Assembly (NCBI GenBank): GCA_044224875.1
Contig: JBGAJQ010000071.1
Location: 1-26,639, forward strand
DNA length: 26,639 nucleotides
Direction: 5' to 3'
Source of the DNA: Gemmatimonadaceae bacterium
GTDB lineage: Bacteria > Gemmatimonadota > Gemmatimonadetes > Gemmatimonadales > Gemmatimonadaceae
The notes under the pieces were generated by a model that saw nothing but the letters and a program-made list of their open reading frames with translations, was not told where the DNA came from and ran no database searches. The translations under genes were made by a program, and so were the position numbers. Below, piece after piece: positions 20,080-26,639 of this stretch. Each line of letters begins with the position of its first letter. The stretch's first letter is position 1.

Positions 20080-20640
20080 GAAGTTATAACTGGGCTGCCC
20101 CCGGGTTCGCCGTGGACTAGCTCCTCGGTGTGACCGGACTAGCCAGAGCCACCTGCGACGCAACGCTGTCGCGCCCGACCGGAGACCAGCCCATGTCGAC
20201 CTCAATCATCTAGATCGGAGTGGACGTCCACAAGGACTCCATGACGCTGGCGCTCCTGCCGCGCCAGGCACCGGCGCCCACCCGTGTCGAGCGGATACCT
20301 AACGACGTCCTTCAAGCTGCCCGGGGGGCGCATCGGGGAGGTGCGAGCGTGTTACGAGGCCAGAGGCGCGGGCTACGTCCTGCATCGCGCGTTGCAGGCA
20401 TGTGGTACGCCTGCAAAGTGATCACCCCTTCGCTGATCCCGAATGGCCCGCCGTCCAGCGGAAGCGCGACAAGCGCGATAGACCCGAATTGGCCCGCCTG
20501 TGTCGCTCGGGCGAGCTGACCGCGTTGCGGATTCCCGTAGAAGCCGGGTGCGCGATGTCGTGGGGTGCCGCACCACCTTCTAGCGCGAGATTCTGAAATC
20601 TCGCCACGGCATCCCGAGGTTCTTGACCTGGCGCGGGTGG
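20080..20640 (+). mobile_element. IS110-family remnant: left non-coding region plus degraded transposase
   Basis: About 110-nt non-coding leader and GGAG RBS, followed by a broken transposase; the right part is missing. Confidence 0.7.
20193..20640 (+). pseudogene. IS110 DEDD transposase pseudogene
   Basis: IGVDVHKDS, CYEAxGAGYVLHR, VITPSLIP, KRDKRD, LARLxRSGEL, REILKSRH; TAG at 20211 plus frameshifts. Confidence 0.85.
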
Positions 20641-20683
20641 GAACCCAATCCTGCCAAGCGACCAGGTGCCTCCGTTGGGCCTG

Positions 20684-20850
20684 ATGCGACTGCGCGCCGC
20701 GCAACCTTCCATGCTGCTCTCCAGCGTCGCGCCGCTCCGCGCGCAGTCGGCAACCTTTCCAGAGTCGTGGATGGGTACGTGGCGGGGAATGCTCACCAAC
20801 TACGGTGGAGCCGACAGCATCAAGCTAGCGGCCACACCCTTCCATATAGA
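20684..20850 (+). pseudogene. N-terminal fragment of a secreted protein
   Basis: Signal-like ...APLRAQ then FPESWMGTWRGML; coding character is lost near 20830. Confidence 0.4.
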
Positions 20851-20854
20851 CACG

Positions 20855-22577
20855 TCACCGGCCCGCCGTTCGCAAACTGTCCACCCACCCCACCACCCTC
20901 CGGCGCAGCACCGTCATCGGCAGGCTTCCGCTCGACAGCACCACATCATGAAAGCCGCGCACATCGAACGCAGACCCTAACGAGTCCCGCGCCAGCTGCC
21001 GCAGCGCCGCAATCTCGATCGCTCCCATCTTGTACGCCAAGGCCTGGCCCGGCAGGTCAACCGAATAGCGCAACGTCTCGGTCTGCAACTGCGTGGGCGA
21101 CTCGGCCACTCGCACCTTCATGAAGGCCATCGCCGAGTCGCGCGACCAACCGAATTCGTTCATCCCGGTGTCCACGACCAATCGGCAGGCCAGGAACATC
21201 TCCATGAACAGGCGACCATACCGTTCGTACGGGTCGCGATACATCCCCATCTCCCCCGCCAGCGCCGACGCATATTCGCCCCAACCTTCCGTGTACGCGG
21301 TGTGATAGTTGTTCTGACGGTACGCGGGCAGGGCGTCGTTCTCGTGCTGGAGCGCAATCTGAAAATGGTGACCGGGAATCAGCTCGTGCGCGATGAGCGC
21401 GCCGCCGGTGATCATGGAGCGCTCGTCCAGGCGCGATCCATTGAAGTAGTAGTGCCCCATCGAGTCGGTCGGTGACGGCGGAGCGTAGTACCCGAAAGTC
21501 ATCGCTGGTTCGAGGCGTGGATCCAGGCGACGCGTGTCGCCGGCGGCACGCGGGGGGTGGAGAAAGAAACGCGTTGGCGAAGAAGCGTGGATCGTGGCGC
21601 AACGACTCGTGAAACTCCGGGGCAGACGTCGTCACCCCCAGCTCCCGCCGAATGGCCGCCATGGCGCTGTCGATGCGCGCGACCTCTGCCAGCCCGCGCT
21701 TGTGTACCTGCTCGGGCGTCACGTTCATCGTCGTGTGGAGCCTAACGAGATACCGGTAGTACGCACGCCCTCCGGGATACTGCCACTGGCCGACGGTATG
21801 AGGCGCTTTGTCGCGGTACGGGCCCTGGAGGAACTCGAGCAATCGATCAAAGGCGGGATTGACCTGTTCCGACACCACCCGCGTTGCACGTGCGCGCAGC
21901 GCGCTCGCCGATTCGGCACTCAGCCCGGTCACCCGGTCCGGTGTGGGTATGAAGGTCCCGGCGTCTGGTGCCTTGCGATACGCACGCATGACCTCGACCA
22001 CCAGCGGGATCTCGTCCACGGGCAGCACGATCCCACGCGTCGCTCGGGCACTCAAGCCGGCGCGCATGGAGTCCACCAGTGGCGCCAGCTGCGCCAACAG
22101 TCGTTCGTAGCGGACGGCGTCGTCACGCCCGGCGATGCGCACCGATTCGAACGCCCGCGCCACCTCCTGCATGACGGTCGAGTACGGCGTGACGGCCGCA
22201 AAGGAGAGCCAGTAGTACCGCGGTGCCTCCGCCGCCAGCGCCAACTGCCACTGGAGCATCCGCAGCGTTAGGCGCTCCTCGGCACCCAACTCCCGCTCGT
22301 GCGCGGCCGACAATCGCGCGAGTTGCCGGCTGGCAAAGGCGCCGTCGCTCACCGCGACCGCCCGTGACATGTCGGGGAGTCGCTCGATCGGCAGCTGCGC
22401 CTGAAGGCGCGCGGTGATGTCGGTCTCCAGGTCGCGGGCACGCAGCGCGGCCAGGGTCCGAGCCACCACGCGGGCCGATGGGCTGGAATCCGGCGGCGCG
22501 GTGTGCTGAGCGCCAAGTGCAAGCGCGTCGCCGCTCAGCAGCGTGAAGGCCAGGGTGAGGACGGATACCGGCGTCAT
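20855..22577 (-). pseudogene. DUF885-family protein, frameshifted near 21573
   Basis: GRAYYRYLVRLHTT, HELIPGHHFQ, YTEGWGEYA, RLVVDTG, PGQALAYKMG; the two halves are in different frames. Confidence 0.88.
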
Positions 22578-22750
22578 GGGTGAGTTGGAGTGGTCCGCAG
22601 CCGCGCGCGCGCTTCCCCACGCAATCACAGGATTTCGGTCGGCCCGATCATGGCGAACCTACCGCATTTGTCGCCCAATTCATAACAGATTATGAAAGAA
22701 TGACTTAAGAGGGTCTAACAGCCTACATGGTGTAACACGATGTATACTTA

Positions 22751-22801
22751 ACAGTCTATACGCTGATAAAGAAGCGGTGCGCGACAGCGTATACGCTGAT
22801 A
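22751..22801. promoter_or_regulatory. Twin palindromic operators upstream of mobile mystery protein A
   Basis: ACAGTCTATACGCTGATA (22751-22768) and ACAGCGTATACGCTGATA (22784-22801); the core CAGCGTATACGCTG is a perfect palindrome. Confidence 0.65.
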
Positions 22802-22829
22802 TGTTACGCTAAGAGCGAGGCATGTTCCG

Positions 22830-23306
22830 ATGAGAAGGGCCGTCAGGTCGCCGCGAAAATCGCCAGAAATGCTCGCCCTGCAACGTCGGCAGCTAGATGC
22901 CCGCTTGAAACAGCTGCCGTCGCTCGAATCGCCTCGGCCGGGCTGGATTCGCACCATCCGGGAGGCCCTTGGGATGACGCTGGCGCAGCTTGGAAGGCGC
23001 CTCGGAATATCCCCGCAGTCGCTAAGAAGCCTCGAAGAACGAGAGCGCGAGGGCACAATCTCGCTGACGAAGTTGCGTGAGGCTGCTGAGGCGATGGGTT
23101 GCGACCTCAAGCTTGCGTTTGTTCCAAGATCCTCATTGGAGGGGATGGTACGCGAGCAGGCCGCGCTGAAGGCGAGAGAGCAGCGGAATCGGTTGCTTCA
23201 CACCATGCGATTGGAGTCCCAAGAGGTAGGTGTGAGCGAGGTGCTCGAGGAGTCGCGAGCGATAGAGCTGTGGATCACAAAGAGAGCCCGCCAACTGTGG
23301 GATTGA
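22830..23306 (+). CDS. Mobile mystery protein A (Xre HTH, TIGR02612-like)
   Basis: PRPGWIRTIREALGMT...ERE..GTISLTKLREAAEAMGC, HTMRLESQ, terminal LWD. Confidence 0.92.
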   Translation: MRRAVRSPRKSPEMLALQRRQLDARLKQLPSLESPRPGWIRTIREALGMTLAQLGRRLGISPQSLRSLEEREREGTISLTKLREAAEAMGCDLKLAFVPRSSLEGMVREQAALKAREQRNRLLHTMRLESQEVGVSEVLEESRAIELWITKRARQLWD

Positions 23307-23309
23307 TCA

Positions 23310-23921
23310 GTGCGACGAGACGTTCTAGTTGAGCCGCAAGCAGGCGACGGAGACACACCGCTTGACCCGGACGAAATCGACGGACTCATTCCGTCCCATC
23401 TCGAGACCCGTGGCGAGCTGAATCAGTGGGAAGCGACGAACCTTGAGCTCGCAACGGAGTGGATAGCAGAACGCGCACTGGATGTACTTGATCTTGGAGT
23501 TCTGACTGAGCTACACCGCCGCATGTTCGGGCAGACGTGGGAGTGGGCTGGCACATTTCGGAGAGCCCAGAAGAACATCTCGCCATTCCACTGGTCGGAA
23601 GTGCCTCGCCTAATGAGGGACCTGCTGGAGAACACGAAAGCGCAGTACGCAGCATGCCAAGGTGGTGATGAGGAGCTCGACCATCTCGCAGCGCGATTTC
23701 ATCACGAGCTAGTAAGAATTCATCCTTGGCCAAACGGGAATGGACGGCAGGGCAGGTTGGCGACGGATCTCCTGCTGCGACTGTGGAAGCGCCCCCCATT
23801 CACATGGGGTGCCAGGAGCGGCGATGTCGACCCGGCTGCAACACGCAATCGCTACATCGACGCTCTCAGGCGCGCCGATGCGCATGAGTATGCGCCGCTG
23901 TACGCGTTCGTGCGGGCGTGA
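23310..23921 (+). CDS. Mobile mystery protein B (Fic domain, TIGR02613-like)
   Basis: TPLDPDE..GLIP, LHRRMFGQTWEWAG, Fic motif HPWPNGNGRQGR. Confidence 0.92.
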   Translation: MRRDVLVEPQAGDGDTPLDPDEIDGLIPSHLETRGELNQWEATNLELATEWIAERALDVLDLGVLTELHRRMFGQTWEWAGTFRRAQKNISPFHWSEVPRLMRDLLENTKAQYAACQGGDEELDHLAARFHHELVRIHPWPNGNGRQGRLATDLLLRLWKRPPFTWGARSGDVDPAATRNRYIDALRRADAHEYAPLYAFVRA

Positions 23922-23930
23922 GACGGGTCC

Positions 23931-24018
23931 GCCTAAACGTTGAAGTTCAGCCTTGGCTCGCGGTCCGAGGTGCCATGGCACGTAGGCTCCGACCGGCCGC
24001 TGCAACCACTTGTTAGGC
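23931..24018 (-). other. attC site
   Basis: Minus strand GCCTAAC-AAGTG-GTT(G)CAGC ... GCTGAAC-TTCAAC-GTTTAGGC; 88 bp. Confidence 0.78.
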
Positions 24019-24208
24019 AGCTGGCACGAAACCGTTAGGGAGTCACACATACCCGAATACCTCTCTGCGTGCCTCGCCACCGCGATCCACGCGGGGATGC
24101 CAGGGCGCCCAAATCGGCTTCGGACCACCCCCCCTCCCGTCCCCTCCCCTTGCGCCCACTCTCGCTGGCCTGCTCCATTGAATGCCCCCTTCCCCGACCA
24201 CCACCGGT

Positions 24209-24820
24209 ATGACGCCCTCTCGCCCGCTCATCGCGATCACGGTTGCCTGTGCCCTCGCCGCCGCCCCCTCGCGCGCCCTCGCACAGGCAGGCATGGATCA
24301 CAACCACCACATGGGGCCGGAGATTGTCGTTCCCAAGGGTGCGCCCTATACGAAGGCGGACGTCCAGTTCATGCAGGGGATGATCGCCCACCACGCCCAG
24401 GCCATCGTGATGTCGCGAATGGCCGAGGCGAACGGCGCCAACGCGCAGGTACTCAAGCTCTCCCGGAAAATCGACCAGTCGCAGGTGCCCGAGATCCTCA
24501 TCATGCAGAACTGGCTTCGACGGTACGGGCAGGTGGCACCGGACACCTCGTCGTGGCATGAGATGCGGATGGACGGCATGCTCAGCGACGACGAGCTCAA
24601 GGCGTTGAGCGAGGCGAAGGGCGTGTCCTTCGACCGGCTCTTTCTCAACGGCATGATCAAGCACCACGCCGGCGCGCTCAAGATGGTCGACGACCTCTTC
24701 AAGTCTCCAGGCGCCGGCCAGGAGGTGGATACCAATGTCTTCGCCAACGATGTCGTCACCGCCCAGACGGCGGAAATCGGCATCATGAGGCACTTGTTGT
24801 CCCAGCTTCCCCCCGAGTGA
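24209..24820 (+). CDS. DUF305 domain secreted protein
   Basis: ADVQFMQGMIAHHAQA, FDRLFLNGMIKHHAGA, QTAEI; signal peptide. Confidence 0.92.
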   Translation: MTPSRPLIAITVACALAAAPSRALAQAGMDHNHHMGPEIVVPKGAPYTKADVQFMQGMIAHHAQAIVMSRMAEANGANAQVLKLSRKIDQSQVPEILIMQNWLRRYGQVAPDTSSWHEMRMDGMLSDDELKALSEAKGVSFDRLFLNGMIKHHAGALKMVDDLFKSPGAGQEVDTNVFANDVVTAQTAEIGIMRHLLSQLPPE

Positions 24821-24852
24821 ATCGCTCCCTCACCCTCCCCTACATCCTCACA

Positions 24853-26639
24853 ATGCGAATGATGCGCGGTTCCCTCCTGTTGTTGCTGGCGGCCAGCGTT
24901 GTGCCGACGCTGGTGTCGGCACAGACGTATCCTTCAGCCAAGGACCCCCGAAGCACGCTCAAACCCGGTCGTTTCGACGCGGGCATTGCGATCAGCAACA
25001 TGAAGCAGGTGTCGTTCGTGAAAAAACCCGCGGCCTTCGACACGGTCGCCGGTTTGAAGTTCATCAACTCCGACCTCGCGTTCGGCACCCATTACGTCTA
25101 CCAGTCTAACTTCGCCGGCTTCACCATCTGGGACATCACGGACCCCGCAAACCCGGTGGTCGCGTCGGCGACAAAGTGCATCACGTCGCAGGGTGATCCG
25201 ACGATCGTCGGCAACCTGCTCTTCCTGTCCGCCGAGGGCGCGGGCAACCGCAATGATTGCGCTGACGGGGGGGTGAAGGATCCGAAGGACCACATGGCCG
25301 GCGTGCGCATCTTCGACGTGTCCAACCCGAAGGAGCCCAAGCTCGTGAAGAACGTGCAGACCTGCAAAGGCTCGCACACGCACACGCTCGTGCCCAGCCC
25401 GAAAGATCCGCGGATCATCTACCTGTACGTGTCCGGCGGGCAGGCAGCGCGCCCCGAAACCGAGCTCGCGGGATGCAAGAATGGCACAGACCCGGCTGAC
25501 CCGACGAACTCGCTCTTCATGCTGGACATCATTCGTGTGCCGCTCGATCACCCTGAGCAGGCCGAGGTGATTCCGGGGGCGCGCATCTTCACGGGGCTTG
25601 ATGTCGCTGGCGAGTGCAAGCGCTATTGCCTCCCGAACGACCCGCGCCGGCAGGAGAGAGCCGCCAGCCTTGCCGCTGCGAACCCCGGGATGCCAACCAC
25701 GCCGCGCAACTGCCACGACGTGACCTCGTACCCGGCCATGAACATGCTCCTTGCGTCGTGCCAGACGCACTCCATCCTCGTAGACATCTCGAACCCCGAG
25801 AAGCCGATCCGCATCGACGCGCTCGTCGACACGAACAACTTTCAGGGCCGTCACACGGCGGCATTCAGCAATGACGGCAAGAAGCTGATCCAGACGGAGG
25901 AGTGGGGCGGCGGCACGGGCCCGATGTGCCAGGCGTCGAGCATGAAGGAGCTCGGCGGCAACACGGTCATCACGCTGGACGGGAAGAAGAAGCAGACGCA
26001 GCGCGGGTACTTCAAGCTCGGCTCCGCGCAGTCGGCCGAGGAAAACTGCGTGGCGCACAACGGCGGCATCATTCCAGTGCCTGGACGCGACCTGTACGTG
26101 CAGGGGTGGTATCAGGGTGGCGTGAATATCATGGACTTCACCAACCCGGACAGCGCGCTCGAGATCGGGTATTTCGATCGGGGCGCCATCAACCCGCCGA
26201 AGGGTGCCGACGTGCCGCAGCCACCGGTGGACCCCAACGTTCGCGGGGGAGGCAACACCATCGGTGGGTCCTGGGGTGCGTATTACTGGAACGGACTGAT
26301 CTTCTCTTCGGAACTCGACCGCGGCATGGACATTCTGGAGCTGACGCCGAGCGCGCAGCTGTCGGCGAATGAGATTGCTGCGGCGAAGCTGGTGCGTTAC
26401 GACGCCTACAATCCGCAGAGCCAACCGAAGATGACGTGGCCGCCGGCGTTCGTCGTCGTGCGGTCGTACCTGGACCAACTCGTTAGGAACAGCGGGCTCG
26501 CACCGGAGCGAACGGCGGCGATCTCCTCGGCGCTCGACATGGCAGAGATGAAGAGTGGCCTGGCCCGTGCGACGGCGTTGAACGCCCTCGCCCAGCAGGT
26601 GGACAAGGATGTCGGCGGCGCGAAGGATGGTGCTCGCGT
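24853..26639 (+). CDS. LVIVD-repeat secreted protein (3' partial; not in ORF track)
   Basis: MRMMRGSLLLLLAASVVPTLVSAQ signal; NSDLAF, FTIWDITDP, VRIFDVSNP, GSHTH, ENCVAHNG, WYQGG; open to the window end. Confidence 0.9.
   Translation, partial: MRMMRGSLLLLLAASVVPTLVSAQTYPSAKDPRSTLKPGRFDAGIAISNMKQVSFVKKPAAFDTVAGLKFINSDLAFGTHYVYQSNFAGFTIWDITDPANPVVASATKCITSQGDPTIVGNLLFLSAEGAGNRNDCADGGVKDPKDHMAGVRIFDVSNPKEPKLVKNVQTCKGSHTHTLVPSPKDPRIIYLYVSGGQAARPETELAGCKNGTDPADPTNSLFMLDIIRVPLDHPEQAEVIPGARIFTGLDVAGECKRYCLPNDPRRQERAASLAAANPGMPTTPRNCHDVTSYPAMNMLLASCQTHSILVDISNPEKPIRIDALVDTNNFQGRHTAAFSNDGKKLIQTEEWGGGTGPMCQASSMKELGGNTVITLDGKKKQTQRGYFKLGSAQSAEENCVAHNGGIIPVPGRDLYVQGWYQGGVNIMDFTNPDSALEIGYFDRGAINPPKGADVPQPPVDPNVRGGGNTIGGSWGAYYWNGLIFSSELDRGMDILELTPSAQLSANEIAAAKLVRYDAYNPQSQPKMTWPPAFVVVRSYLDQLVRNSGLAPERTAAISSALDMAEMKSGLARATALNALAQQVDKDVGGAKDGAR

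Noticed and set aside
20643..20680. GTTGGGC just before the secreted-protein fragment, as an attC end
   Set aside because: Only a core match and a weak CCCAA/TTGGG repeat; no L boxes.
24934..26478. 514-aa minus-strand ORF
   Set aside because: Antisense shadow of the LVIVD gene, which is open on the plus strand to the window end.

Overview
GC-rich accessory region; gene content suggests Gemmatimonadota (inference). The backbone encodes two beta-lactamase-family serine hydrolases, a SAM methyltransferase, a GH18 lipoprotein, an orphan ECF43/TIGR02999-type sigma factor with two matching divergent promoters, secreted repeat proteins, a PRTase-hydrolase fusion, a broken DUF885 gene and a DUF305 + LVIVD pair. 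Main hidden structure: (1) At least five attC-like hairpins plus several half sites bound integron-type cassettes (DUF433/DUF5615 TA, NTF2-like, DUF2806, PIN + large partner, Xre/Fic), with no integrase in the window. (2) The octamer CGTTAGGC/GCCTAACG, which contains the attC core, is strongly over-represented and imposes rare codons inside ordinary genes. (3) An intact IS3-family element with atypical ends is nested in an IS481 terminal repeat, and an IS110 remnant sits at a cassette core site. (4) A 52-aa lipoprotein/peptide missed by the ORF track lies behind one of the ECF-type promoters. All family assignments are by motif recognition; no searches were run.
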